From Lingula anatina (Eukaryota > Animalia > Brachiopoda): a stretch of DNA of 64,000 nt. The stretch is from contig CM120641.1 of assembly GCA_051362555.1 (NCBI GenBank), forward strand, positions 14,632,001 through 14,696,000, read 5' to 3'. The notes under the pieces are model-generated. The model had not been told where the DNA came from. It saw only the letters and a list, made by a program, of their open reading frames with translations, and searched no databases. Position numbers and translations under genes: made by a program. Shown here piece after piece: positions 11,913-24,809 of this stretch. Each line of letters opens with the position of its first letter. The stretch's first letter is position 1.

Positions 11913-14900
11913 TATTCTTAATTAAGAAGTTGGTGCTGAATCTTACCATTTATATTAACTATCTGAAAACTTTCATTAGTTTGGTCCAGAAAGAACAACA
12001 ACAGGCAAAATAAGTGTAAGTTGTTGATAATGTTCTGATACTAACATGAGTTAGTCATTCCTGATGTTGAGGTGATTATTGCTGAAATTTTAAAAAATAT
12101 GTCTTTATAAACAATTTTCTTACCTTTGTTTATTGTCTGTATATCTGCAAGCTTTGCTGCCTCATTTAGTTATAGTGACACATTTTGTTTATGCTTATTG
12201 GAGAGTAAGGTAATTTTTTTTTGCTGTCTGTTATTTCTCAGTACATACTGAGTGTTGTTACAACCTAAAAAAACTGCACAAGATGCTGATATCCGAATTG
12301 TTGGTATTTAGTTTTATATTTGGCAGAGAAATTGCTTTGAGAAAAAATGGAGGTTAACTACAAAGGCCCGATGTAAATTTTAGTCCTAGTAAAGCTTAAT
12401 TTTTAAGTGCATATTATTGGTGGTGCAGCAATGCTGAAATGATGAGAGAAAAAAATACATAAATAAATAATAAACAATAAATTCAATTTTACAAAAAATA
12501 GCAATACGAAAATAGATTTAAATGTTGAGTGAAGAGAACTGCTGAGATGTGACCACTAGTGTTGAGGGCTGCTGAGAGTAGACTACTGCCAGGGTCGCTG
12601 AGAATAGCCCGCTGTTGTTGAGGGTGGCAAAGAGTATATCACTGTCCCTGATGCCATCACCAGTGAGTCCAGGTGCTGTCACTGCTGCCCTTGACAGAGA
12701 GTGCAGGTAGAACAGGAGATATTGTCCAGCTTATATACTACCTGGGACAAAGGGAGTCTGCTATACTATGGGAAAGTGCATTCTCAGAAAAAGGGGGGAC
12801 CTGTCACTGAGAAATGGCATAAAATACTGCACATAATGCATATTCATTGTGCTACCAGCACTTAATCACAAACAGTCAATGTTAATACCCAACTTCTTCT
12901 TTACCACTTAAAATACCATGTCCAAACATATCTTCCCATAATAACTCGGTCTTTGAATTTGGATATAATTTACTGTTACTAGTGTGATTAAAATGTAACA
13001 CATAAAATGTGAATCACTGGAAATAGTTTACATTTGATGACTTCCAAACTGTTAACCTTTGCTCAGTAGAAATTGTTCTTCTAACAAGTTTCTTAAGTTA
13101 CCTAGTTTTGATGATGTACTCTTTTGAATACCCTCCTTGGTGCATTGTTTGGCATTTTGGATTTGGGCCTGAAAAGAGACTTTGCCATGGGTGGATTTCA
13201 CTGGGAAAATATTTGGGCTTTATTTGGGCCCAGTTGACTAAGTTCAGTTAAAAAACCTTTCCAACTTCAATGAAAAAAATCAATTCATTTACTGGACCAA
13301 GCAGGTCGCTGCTAAAATTGCTGATCCATTACTTCTTTTGAATGTATCGTAGCATAATCAGCACAGTTAGTATTTCTTTAAGGTGATTGATGGGCATTGT
13401 TAATGCAAGACACATTTAAAAGGTGCATCTTTAACATCTTTACCATTTGTACAACGGTGAACAGTGTGCTCTTTAATGTACGTTTTTGTAAGGCAGCAAT
13501 GCATGCCTTCTACAGGGTTTAGGATTTTATCTAGTGAGGGTGGCTTGGATAAAATCATTTTTACATTTGAGTTAATTATTTAATGCCCATAAATGTGTGA
13601 TAGCAATAAATTTCTCACTGAACTGATACTTGTTGCAAGTTTACATTTCTTGATCTGGGGCAGAATTCAAAACTCAATGTATTGTCTTCTCATTATTGCC
13701 ATTTGTTATCATGAGCCTTAGATTTGGGAGAATAAATGCGCAAATTAATGACTGTAGCCACAATGTAAAATGAGTAGCCACAAGCACAGTATCGGACCAC
13801 ACAAAAAATTTGACCAGCTTTCATCCAGGTCTCTTGCAGTATACATGTGGGTTATTTTTTCAACCCAGACTTTTTTCAATAAGGCAGAAGATGCAAGAAA
13901 CAACATGTAAGAGATTTTGGAGATTCCTAGTTGTAAGAGTGATTTATTCTCCCCTTTCAATGTCTTTGATGAAAGACAAAGGGTTTTTGGTATCTATGCA
14001 AATGCCCAATAAAGTGGATAGTGCCTTCTCTTTTTTCATGTATTTATACTTTAAATCTTTTGATAAATAAAAAAAAAGAAATAAATAAAAAGTCTCAAAA
14101 CAAACCAAACTCATGTATTCTACTATCCATTACTGCTTATTAATACAGCAGCAATGCACTCTAGACAATCTCCTGCTTATGGGGAATGTACTGAATAGGT
14201 AGATAAGTGGATTTACGTACTGTGGGTGGTAATGCTGTGCTCATTGCTGCTTATTTTACGCTAGGGTTCTTAATTTGTGGCTCCAGTCTTTAATTTTGGT
14301 ATTTGTGCTCACAAATCTGAGCCTCGTGTTCTCAAATGCCAGGTCAGAACGCATTTCACAGTATCATACTCCGGAACATATTTTGAGATGAGATGCACTA
14401 CTTTCCAACCCCACTCAGAATCATGGCTATCACATTGCATACTATGCAATAGCGGTGTCACGTCTGATACTTCGAAGTGTGTACTGATGCACACCTTGAA
14501 AACGGATAGTTTGGTCCGATCTACCGGTGAATTCAGGATCATTCGGTACCGAGTCTGGTAGCTGGGTAGGCCTGAAATGCCTAATCTGTTTATAAAACAT
14601 GATTTTCATTATGCAAAACTAAAATCCAACATATATACTGTATATAACATAATGTAACATAAAAACATAGCACAAGAATTATTTATATTGCCTTTTTTTT
14701 AATAATAAAAATGTTTCAAGCTGCTGAGCCAAAGTTAATTTTAATATGTTTGACTGGGATTTCAACAATGGTTTTGCAATGATGTTGCACATTGGTGCCC
14801 TCAGACATTTCTTATTAAACGTGGATCAAAAAGAAGTTGTGTAATTCACAGTGGTTCCATAAACTGTAAATCAAAACATAATTTAATGATACTTTTCATT

Positions 14901-15690
14901 TTTGTAAAGAACTTGAAAAAGAGAAGGATTTGAAAAGAACAATAACACTGCATTATCTAAAAACAAAAGGATAGCACTGTTCTGACAGTTATTGAGCATC
15001 ATATAGTTTTTGGTTAGAAAATTTAAAATTTCTTTTAAGTTTCAAGAAAAAGTAAGTTGAGTACTCTTGCCAGTGGTCCATTTAATTACATCTTTCTTCA
15101 TAAAGGCAAAAGTATCTACCAGCTTCTCAATTATCAGGTATACACAGGTAAATTTTAATAATTAGTAATTATCAATTATTAATGCCTCACACAGTCTTAG
15201 ACAAGATAAATGGGGTGCTGATTATTGTTAACCTGTTTTACTTGTATTTACCTGTGCAGAGTCAACATAATTAAAATATTTGAAAGGAAAACATCTTCAG
15301 TGGTCTTCACTTAATTACTTAAATAACTGTGAGTCTGCAACTTCCTTTCAGATAAAATTAGGTATCACATTCTTTTGTCCACAGATAAAGCCAAGTATCT
15401 GTATAGTTCAAGTTGAATGACAGGTAACTTAGCCAATAGAAATAAGGCAGAACCTCTGCCACCCCCCATACTTCAGATATTCGTATAACTATTCCCAGTC
15501 AAGAGACCAGAATAGAACAAGCTTAGACAACAGAGGGTCGAGATTCGGCAGAGTAAAAGTTCTCTTTGAAAACGACTACTCAGCACAGGGCAAACTAATC
15601 AGCATATTTTAATCACAAAAATAAAGTTATTGAAATACCTAAAATTGGAGTTAGACTGAACTGAGTGAACCAGATCTAACCAGGGCCATC

Positions 15691-16188
15691 ATGAATGAAA
15701 AAGTAGAAGTTGGGTTGCATGTTCGTGTAGCCGACTGCTTTTTAAGTGCACTTGTCATTGGTCCAGCAGTTGTCTGCTACTGGAGAGGAACGTGGAATTT
15801 ATTGGATCTGTACCTATTCCCCAATGATACTGAGAAAACTGGATGGATATCTGCTGCCATTGGAATTTTCATTCCATTGATTTTTAGTTTTTGTCAGTTC
15901 TTTATTCAAAAACTTGTGGAAGGGGAATCAAAGGCTGTGTTTGTTTTGATGTCCAGAGTGTACACCTATTTCTTTGCATTTGGGTGTGTCAGTCAGTGGA
16001 GAGGTGTCTGGTATCTGTTAGATCACTACACAGGGACGACACCCTGGGGTGCAGCTGGGCCACTCATTGTTGCATGTGGAGTTATGGTTTTTGTGAGAGG
16101 ACTAGTGAACACTCTAGCACCACCACTGGTTATTTCCATGGACTTTCCTGAAAACTATTTCACAGTGACAAGACGCTTCAACATACAG
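15691..16188 (+). CDS. Fuseless-family multi-pass membrane protein, exon 1
   Basis: Hydrophobic ORF with VIGPAVVCYWRGTWNLLD and WRGVWYLLD motifs typical of Drosophila fuseless homologs; CAG|GTAAAG donor, phase 0. Confidence 0.88.
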
Positions 16189-16330
16189 GTAAAGTTGTTG
16201 GCAGCTTTTTGAATATTTTTTATATTATTTCATTTTTATGTACAGACACAGATGTGTCTGTACATATAGCCATCATCTGCGTCTGTCGTCGCCGTCGCTG
16301 TCGCCGTCACCGTCGTCGCCGTGCACTTTT

Positions 16331-17120
16331 ACCGATAACACGATAAGTGGAAAACTGTTTTTTTTTTTGGCTTGAAACTTACAGAACTGATGAATATTCG
16401 TAATACGCAGGTCAAGTTCGAAAATCAGCATGATCGGGTCACTTATAGGGAATTTATGCTGTTTTTTCACTTTTTTCAGCATATATGCAGCACCGATAAC
16501 ACGATAAGTGGAAAATGATTTTACCTTTTGGCTTGAAACTTACAGAACTGATAAATATTCATAATACGCAGGTCAAGTTCGAAAATCAGCATGATCGGGT
16601 CACTTATAGGGAATTTATGCTGTTTTTTCACTTTTTTCAGCATATATACAGCACCGATAACACGATAAGTGGAAAACCATTTTACCTTTTGGCTTGAAAC
16701 TTACAGAACTGATGAATATTCATAATACGCAGGTCAAGTTCCAAAATCAGTGTGATTGGGTCATTTTTAGTGAATTTAGGCTATTTTTTCTCTTTTTTCA
16801 GCATATATGCAGCATCAATAACACCATAAATGGAAAACCATTTTACCTTTTGGCTTGAAACTTACAAAACTGATGAATATTCAAAATACGCAGGTCAAGT
16901 TTGAAAATCAGCATGATTGGGCCATTTTTAGGGATGTTATGCTGTTTTTTCACTTCTTTCAACATATATGCAATGCTAATAACACAATATAAGAAAAACA
17001 GATAGGCCAATTGTCATTATACTCACAGGAGTAGTCAAACTAACTAAAACGCAGGTTGAGTTCCAAAATCAGCATAATCGGGCCATTCTTTTAGAAGTTA
17101 TGCTGTTTTTTCACATTTCC
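16331..17120 (+). repeat. 161-bp tandem repeat, array 1 (4 well-conserved units + 1 diverged)
   Basis: Unit starts at 16331, 16492, 16653, 16814, 16975 (ACCGATAACACGATAAGTGGAAAA...). Confidence 0.95.
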
Positions 17121-17511
17121 TCAGATTCAATTGTTAGGCATATTAACAGTCTCATTATTGAACTAATAAGATACGTAAAAGTGTTTGTTTGACATTTCCT
17201 GCATCTTAATAACATTGTTAGTTGATTATGTAAAAATGATGGTAAACTTGTTATTGTGTATTATGTTATAAAGTGTCAAAAATGGAAATAAACAAATATC
17301 ATTGCAGTTTGTCAGATTCAATCATCTACTATATTCATTATCTCAGAATGGAGGAAATTGGACATTTAACACTGTTCTATTGATATTTTTCCCATCTCAT
17401 CAATTTTCTTAGTTGATCATATACAAATGGTAGAAAACTGTTTATTTTGTTTTATGTTAAAAAAGTGTTTTAAAAATGGAAGTAAACCCATTGCAGAACA
17501 GTGCTGTCTTG

Positions 17512-18174
17512 TTTCAGCATATATGCAGCACCGATAACACGATAAGTGGAAAACCATTTTACCTTTTCCCTTGAAACTTACAAAACTGATGAATATTCAT
17601 AATACGCAGGTCAAGTTCGAAAATCAGCATGATCGGGTCATTTTTAGGGAAGTTATGCTGTTTTTCACTATTTTCACCATATATGCAACACTGATAACAT
17701 GATAAGTGAAAAATCATTTTACCTTTTGGCTTGAAATTTGCAGAACTAATGAATATTCATATTACGCAGGTCAAGTTCGAAAATCAGCATGATCGGGTCA
17801 TTTTTAGGGTAGTTATGCTGTTTTTTCACTTTTTTCAGCATATATGCAGCACTGATAACACAATAAGTGGAAAACCATTTTACCTTTTGGTTTCAAACTT
17901 ACAGAACTGATGAATATTCATAATACGCAGGTCAAGTTTGAAAATCAGTATGATTGGGTCATTTTTAGGGAAGTTATGCTGTTTTTCACTTTTTTCAGCA
18001 TATATGCAACACTGATAACATGATAAGTGGAAAACCATTTTACCTTTTGGTTTGAAACTTGCAGAACTAATGAATATTCATAATAGGCAGGTCAAGTTTG
18101 AAAATCAGCATCATCGGGTCATTTTTAGGGAAGTAATGCTGTTTTTTCACTTTTTTCAGCATGTATGCAACACC
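17512..18174 (+). repeat. 160-161-bp tandem repeat, array 2 (4 units)
   Basis: Same unit; starts at 17530, 17690, 17851, 18011. Confidence 0.95.
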
Positions 18175-19551
18175 TTTGTGCTATATGATGGTACTGTATG
18201 GATGACAGTCTATAAAGTTGTCCCTTGGGTGATCACTAATTAAATTAAGGTCTATAAAGTCACTTGCCTACTCATTAATTTTCAATTGGCCATTAAATGA
18301 GATTACATAAAACACTCCTTGAGATTTCCCTGTAAAGTCCCATAGGTTTAGCTCTCTTAACTGTGTCACAAAATTAGGATTTGGTGATAATTGTGCAGAT
18401 AAATGGTGTTTAACATTGCAAATAAATTTACAACAAAAAGATTGTGTTATGCCAACATGCTATAGATGAATAACAGTGCTTTATTTTTCTCAAACTTGGT
18501 GGGGTTATTAATATCAAGTTAATACAGCTAGATTAAAAGTTTGAATAGCAGCTTTATTGGAATTTTTTACGTTTTATTTAAAATTTTTTTAAAATTATTT
18601 TTCAAACACAAGCATCTTCAAGATGTGATTTTATACTCCCATCCACCAGAAGTGCTGTGCATTTTCTGTATTTTTGTATATAATTGTTATTTCTTCAGAT
18701 TTAATTCTTAGGCATGTTAACAGTCTCATTATGGAACTAATAAGATATGTAAAAGTGTTGTTTTGACATTTTCTGCTTCTTAACAATATTGTTTGTTGAT
18801 TATATAAAAATGACGGTAAACCTGTTATAATATTGTGCATTGTGTAATAAAGTATCATAAATGGAATGGAACTCATCATTGCAGTTTGTCAGATTTAATC
18901 ATTATGTTCAGCATCTGCAAATGAAGCAAATTGGACATTGAAAATTGTTCTATTGCTATTTTTCCTATGTCAACAATTTTCCTAGTTGAACATTTCAAAA
19001 TGACAGTTTATTGATCATATTGTTTTAAAAAAGGTGTTGAAAATGGTAAGAAAATCATTTCAGTACAGTTATCTCTTGTTTACATTTTGGCATTTTGAAA
19101 GTGTGACTCTGAACTTCCATGGCCTTGAAGACCTTCCCAAATCACATTTTCTGAATATTCATGATACTTTTATTTTTTTATAAAAAAATTGATGGTCATT
19201 ATGCTGTTAAGTATTATGTTTTATTGCATGAAAGTTGAAGAAAACCCTATTTTGGACACTGCTGCCAGGATAGCGATTAAGGGAAAACCATGTTACTTAC
19301 GATACTGAAACTTAGTGAAAAGTTTCATAAGACAGAAGTGCGCAGCTTGTGTTTGATAACCAGTGTGATTGTTTTCTGTTTTGGAGGCAATGCAGGTTTA
19401 TAGAGTGCTATACTGGCATTTTCAAGTTGTGACTTATCACTCCCATTTGCCAGGAGCCCTGTACTCTTACTTTGTAACATTTTCTGTATTTTGTTAAGTT
19501 ACAAGAATGATTCTTAGGATTGACATACAGCCCCCCCCCAAAAAAAAAATT

Positions 19552-19631
<80 letters not shown>

Positions 19632-19721
19632 AATGAGTTTAAGCAATTTTTTTTTTGTGTGTAATTTTCACTGTACCTCATTCTGGCATTTCCAAAGTTT
19701 AACTCTTATCAGCCTGACACC

Positions 19722-19946
19722 TTAGGGACTATTTCCAGACCCTATCACGCTAACTGTGGATCGATCTATCTCCATGGGAATTCTCGCTAAATTGCAATCA
19801 ATGTAAGTGGCTTAGTTGTCTGTCACGCCTACTGAAACTGGCATGCCAGAATCCTAAGACTCTCAAACTGAAAGCAATTTAGTGAGAAACCCCTTGGAGT
19901 TGCATTGATCCTGTTAGATTGATCTAGGTATGGGAACTTAGTCTAA
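19722..19946. mobile_element. Degenerate palindromic MITE within the Helentron-like element
   Basis: CTCCATGGGAATTCTCGCTAAATTGC mirrored by GCAATTTAGTGAGAAACCCCTTGGAG; ends GACTA / TAGTC. Confidence 0.6.
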
Positions 19947-20360
19947 TGCTTGATACACATTTTACTTTCATCCTAATCCAATGTTATGCAGAATAAGAAT
20001 TTGATGTTGGCTATGCAGTTACAGTAAGCATAATACATTAGTTCATCAGAATTGACAGTATCCTATTTCCTGCGTTTTTATTTTCTGGTTTTTGTCTGTA
20101 CATTTGACAGCTTTGCTGCCTTGTTGCACATATTGATTAGTTGATGAATTTATATTGGAAAGAAAAGCAAAGTGGAAAATACAAATTCTTTCATAAATAA
20201 TTCTACTTGTAACTTTTGGAGCATAAGTAGTTTGGCCTTTTTCATCATAATTATTTGTCAAAATATTTTAAAAGTATATGTAAATTTTAAAAGCACCATT
20301 TGAAGTCCAATACTTTTTAAAAAAATATTGTTAAATTAACTGTTTGATTATGTGTTGCAG

Positions 20361-20895
20361 CCTAAAGACTTGGGTAACTTCATCTATGATGCGGTCTTTT
20401 CCGTTGTCATCATTGATGGGTTAGTTGTTTGCATTTGGAGAGGAACATGGCTACTTCTTGATTTTGGCTGGGAGACAGTAATAGCAAAAGATGTCTACTT
20501 CTTATCTCACATCTCTTCCTTGTGCCTAGGCTATGGATTGACTTTTTTGGCCATGTTATTTCAGCATCCAGTACATTTAATATCACAAAAACTTCTGAAC
20601 TATCCAAAAGTATTCAAGATTGCTATTGAGGATATCTTCACTGCAGCTGGAATTGTGGGCTGTGTCTCTGTTTGGCATGGGGTGTGGTATATCCTTGATG
20701 CTTATTTTTTGCCAGATAGATTAGAGTTGAGTGCATGGATCTCACACATCATGGGGTTTTGTGTGACACTTGCTCTTTTTGCCTCCAATTCATTGTTGGT
20801 GAGGGGATGTTCTGTAGATGGTGACAGCATTGAAGATGGACATTATTTGGTCCAGCCTGTACAGTACTTTGAGAGTATAAAAGCCTGTAGAAAAG
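20361..20895 (+). CDS. Fuseless-family protein, exon 2
   Basis: YDAVFSVVIIDGLVVCIWRGTW...WHGVWYILDAYFLP...SNSLLVRG (second internal repeat); tgcag acceptor, AAG|GTTTGT donor, phase 0-1. Confidence 0.88.
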
Positions 20896-21234
20896 GTTTG
20901 TGTTTCCTTGTCAGATTCTGTGGTAAAAAAATCATATTTTGTGTGAATGAACTACTTTATTTCTAAGTGTAGATTTATTCATGGAATAAAGTTCATCCGT
21001 TTTAGCTGTGACTGACCTATAAAAGATTTCCAATAGATATTTTTATATTAAATGCAGTTGATTTCCAAATATATATACAGTAAATGAATGCTTATGTAGA
21101 GTTTTAGGTGAGTACATTTATTTGGAAAGAGAGGGAAGAGCAGACTTACCATCTTAGCATTGTGTAGACAGTGCAAGTATCACATAAACAGACTTGGCTG
21201 TGTCACCTGATATATATATTTTTTTCATTTTCAG

Positions 21235-21326
21235 AGAAGACTGAGACTCCCAATGTAGAACTAAGGACTTATAGGTCCAAGGATGAAGAAAAAAAAGGAG
21301 GCCTGGATTCTGTTGCTTTGGCTTAA
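21235..21326 (+). CDS. Fuseless-family protein, exon 3 (stop)
   Basis: Strong ttttcag acceptor, in phase: EKTETPNVELRTYRSKDEEKKGGLDSVALA*; total CDS 1125 nt = 374 aa. Confidence 0.75.
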
Positions 21327-22209
21327 AGGGACAACAACTGTTCGTGTTAGATTCTTATATCATAATAAATGCATTGCAAACAACTCATAGAAATATAATA
21401 AATTCCATTTTACCACCAAAACAGCAGTTATTGCAATAATTATGGAATCTGTGGACCTTCTTAGATGGCTATACCTTCCTAATAATTTTATTACAATTAT
21501 TGAAAAAAAAAAACAAAAAAACAGCAACTAACTTTGGAACATATTTAGTAACCAGTAAAGTTGGAACAGATTTAGAGCGCATTCTCAACGAATTAAGCCA
21601 GGCTTTACAAAGCCGGTGACCTAAAAATGGCGGACGTACATGAAAGAAAAACCGCCTAATCTTTTAATAGTCTCTCCGCCTCTCACACGCCTCCCCACAC
21701 GTCGTCCCTGCGGGGTACAGTAATTAAATCTCGGCTCCGAACATTAATATTTCCGTGAATATCTCTGGTGATATTATCTCCGTAGATAGTCGATTCATTG
21801 CTGCTCTACGGGCCAAATTATTCCTTTTTCGTCTCTGTTTTCAAAGATAATAGAACAGAAGAGCTTTTTTCCTTCGATCGCCTTCAGCCGCCATGCTTTC
21901 TTCACCACGAGTTTAACTGATGAGCATGCGCACTTAATATTTCTCAGGTAGCTTCCGCATGGCGAACGGAGCCGAGATTTAATTACTGTACCCCGCAGGG
22001 ATGACGTGTGGGGAGGCGGAGAGACTATTAAAAGATTAGGCGGTTTTTCTTTCATGTACGTCCGCCATTTTTAGGTCACCGGCTTTGTAAAGCCTGGCTT
22101 AATTCGTTGAGAATGCGCTCTTAGTAACCATTGGTTAATATGGGAAAGTTGTTGTTTACCCCTGGAAAATACAATTTTTGGCCAAAATGAACAGTTGCTA
22201 TCTCTCTAA
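21323..22209. mobile_element. TTAA-flanked Kolobok-like MITE, copy 2, interrupted by a nested element
   Basis: Starts TTAAAGGGACAACAACT; halves 21323-21574 and 22121-22209 align by eye to the other two copies; right end degenerate. Confidence 0.8.
21575..22120. mobile_element. Young foldback MITE with long TIRs and TTA target duplication (PIF/Harbinger-like)
   Basis: Arms 21575-21739 and 21967-22120 are near-perfect inverted repeats (GAGCGCATTCTCAACG...); TTA on both sides; CpG-rich. Confidence 0.9.
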
Positions 22210-24809
22210 GTATAGAAAACAAAAATTTGGACCGCTTGTAAAGGAAATAGTTTTAATATTCTTCAAAAGTGTAAATTGCTTACAATTACTAACCACACTT
22301 TGTGTGTATATTTCTGTAAATAACAAAACTGCAGAGAGGGTTGAAGCCTCCTGAAGTTGTAATAAGTATACTAACTAATAATTATAAAAATAATAATAAC
22401 TGAAATATAAAAACAATTTAAAAGGGCAAAACTGGTTACAGGAAGAAACCGGTGTATACTGTCTTCATTTTACCATTCAATTCACCATTGTCAGAATATC
22501 CTGCTAGGGTTACAACCACAACTCCAACAGACATGGAATACCAGTAATATAGTACAACAGGGAGTTTACAGGTGACTGACTCAATTTGTGCATTTGAGAT
22601 AACACAGATATCGGACGACTGCCAGAAGTTTTCTCATTACCTTTTGTAATCCAGGTGTTTTATTCATTCTGGCAAGGCATATCAAATACCATTCCAACCA
22701 AACCTGATCCAACTGTGAACAAAAATTGTGACTGGGGAATGAAAATATAGAATTTGTACTCAATAGCTTGAGAAATAACTGTTGCTAGATTCTAGAAAAT
22801 GCACCGAGCTCCATTGCAGAACTTATTAAACAATAATGTATGAACCAAAAAGGCAAACAAGGAATTCTTTTATAACAACTTAACACTTCCAAGCTAAAGC
22901 TGCTTGAATTACGTAGAAAGAGTGTGTAATGTAACAAATTTAATGGAGACAGGGCTGCCTTTTTATATAAGATCTGAATTAACTATGACAGTTTTAATGT
23001 CTCTCTTAAAACTCATATTTAAAAGTTTTTATGATTAATGTTTTTAAACTTTTAAAGTAAGTCTGTATTTTAAAGCTTTGATTTATAAGAATTTATATAT
23101 TATATTTACTTTTTAAGTAAGTCTCTATTTTAGTGCTGTTATTCTTAATTTTTTTCTATTATAATTGTGCATTGCATTGAAATGTAAAAATGGATTGTGC
23201 TATACAAGGAATAAATAGAAACAGATAAGGTGAGAATGATTTACAATTTCTGCCTTCACTCTTTACTCCTTTAATGCTCCTATGCAGACCATCTCAAATT
23301 TTCTCATATCATCTCATATCACTCGCTTCCATGTTTCATGCTGCTGAGTAAGACAACTTTTTTCCTAAAAGAAACTGCCAACTTATTCCGAATCAATGAA
23401 TTTAAAATGGTTAATCAAACCCTCACTCCCCTTGTTCGGTGATTGTTGCCATCAATAGCAAAGTCTCAAATGTCTAGTCTTAAATCGCCTTGTCAAATTC
23501 CTATTAATTTTTGAAAATAATTTTCCTATCATTGTCCAAAATGTTGTCTTATCTGCAGTAAAGGAAGTGTCTGACAATTAAAAAAGAGTGAGTAACAAAT
23601 GATATTTTGTATGAAACTTGGACCATTTCAGGATCTACACGTACCAATAGCATGTTTGTAAAAAAATATATTCCCTAAATTTGTTTCATTTACAGTACAT
23701 GTTGTAATACCAGACCAGATATCAAATACCTTTAAATTCTCACTTTTCTATAGTTTTCCAGAAAGTCCTAGAATTGTCATGACAGTAATTTCAGTTCCTA
23801 AGAAACCTTATGAAAATTTCAAGTTATTTTTGGCAGAGAGATTTTATTTTTTTTCCTTCCTAGAACTGGTTTGATAGGTTTGATATTTTATCAGTTCTTT
23901 GATGTCTTTATTTGCTCATTTCTAAAGGTAACATTAACTTTTGTGTTTAACCTCTTTTCAGTAAAAATCAGGGTCTTTTCCAAAACAAAAGAGCAAAGCA
24001 AACAGTTCAGACAAAAGTTAGCAAACAAAAAGCTTGAGTAGCTTTTTCATAACCATGCTAGAGTGCACACACCGTAAACAACAACATAGCCTATATGAAC
24101 TTAACTTAAATATTCAATACATCTAGCTGGAAACGCTAAGAGTTATATATTTTTTGTAGGATTTAGGCAATTAATCTGTGTCTGAGTAGAAGGATTGAGC
24201 CTAATTTGCTGTTTATTTTGACCAGGTAAGAATCCAGAATCCCAAAGGTAATCATCATGTTATGATCTTTAATTATATGATATGACTTGTAAAAGTAAAC
24301 TAACAAATCTATCCGTTATGACATAAACAGTATGTATATCACTATCTCTTTTAAGAAAGCTCATGAAATGTATTGTGGCAAACTATAATTACAAGTGGAA
24401 CAAATTGGTAATGAAGACAACAAACGTAGGAATAAGAATTTATGGGCCAATGGATAGGAATTCTTTCTCAGCCAAATTTTGTAATAGGCCCTATGGAATC
24501 TGTATGTATTGTGCTGGTATGTTTTGATAGCTCACAGGTTCAAAAAGGTACAGGTAAAATGATGGTAATAAAAGACTCATTTGTGCCATAAGGTGCAATG
24601 TGTAACCATCCAATAAAAAAGGGTGGATCATGTAGGGATACTGGATCAAAATAATTTACTTTCACAGGAATTGTTTTAGAAGCTCACTTAATTGTTTTTA
24701 CAATTTTAGTTTTCAACATGGACAGCTTATGTAACTTTCACCTGCATAGTCATATGCATTAATTTACACTGAGGTACATGTGAGTCCTTAGGAAAATGTG
24801 CATAGGTTA

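Larger units (their letters stand above)
16233..20125 (+). mobile_element. Non-autonomous Helentron/HINE (DINE-1/pearl-like) element with internal satellite arrays
   Basis: 5' T-run, palindrome TATGTACAGACACA-GA-TGTGTCTGTACATA, (GTCGCC)n-like microsatellite, tandem cores; 3' subterminal inverted copy GTCTGTACAT (20094), short hairpin GACAGC-TTT-GCTGCC, terminal CTTGTT. Confidence 0.8.

Noticed and set aside
12535-12700. GC-richer degenerate ~28-bp repeats (GCTGAGA...GTTGAGGG) downstream of WDR74
   Set aside because: Too degenerate to define a unit; no coding or structural support
14270-14570. Overlapping ORFs on both strands in a CpG-containing patch
   Set aside because: No recognisable protein or splice pattern; probably a repeat fragment
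16331-18174. CRISPR-like regular repeats
   Set aside because: Units are contiguous 161-bp monomers without unique spacers, in a eukaryotic intron with no cas genes
16273-18243. Short ORFs with repeated peptides (KLTELMNIHNTQVKFENQH)
   Set aside because: Translations of the satellite monomer
22500-23220. Possible degraded LINE (L2-like) with tail GTGCTATACAAGGAATAAATA
   Set aside because: No reverse-transcriptase motif recoverable; resemblance too weak to call
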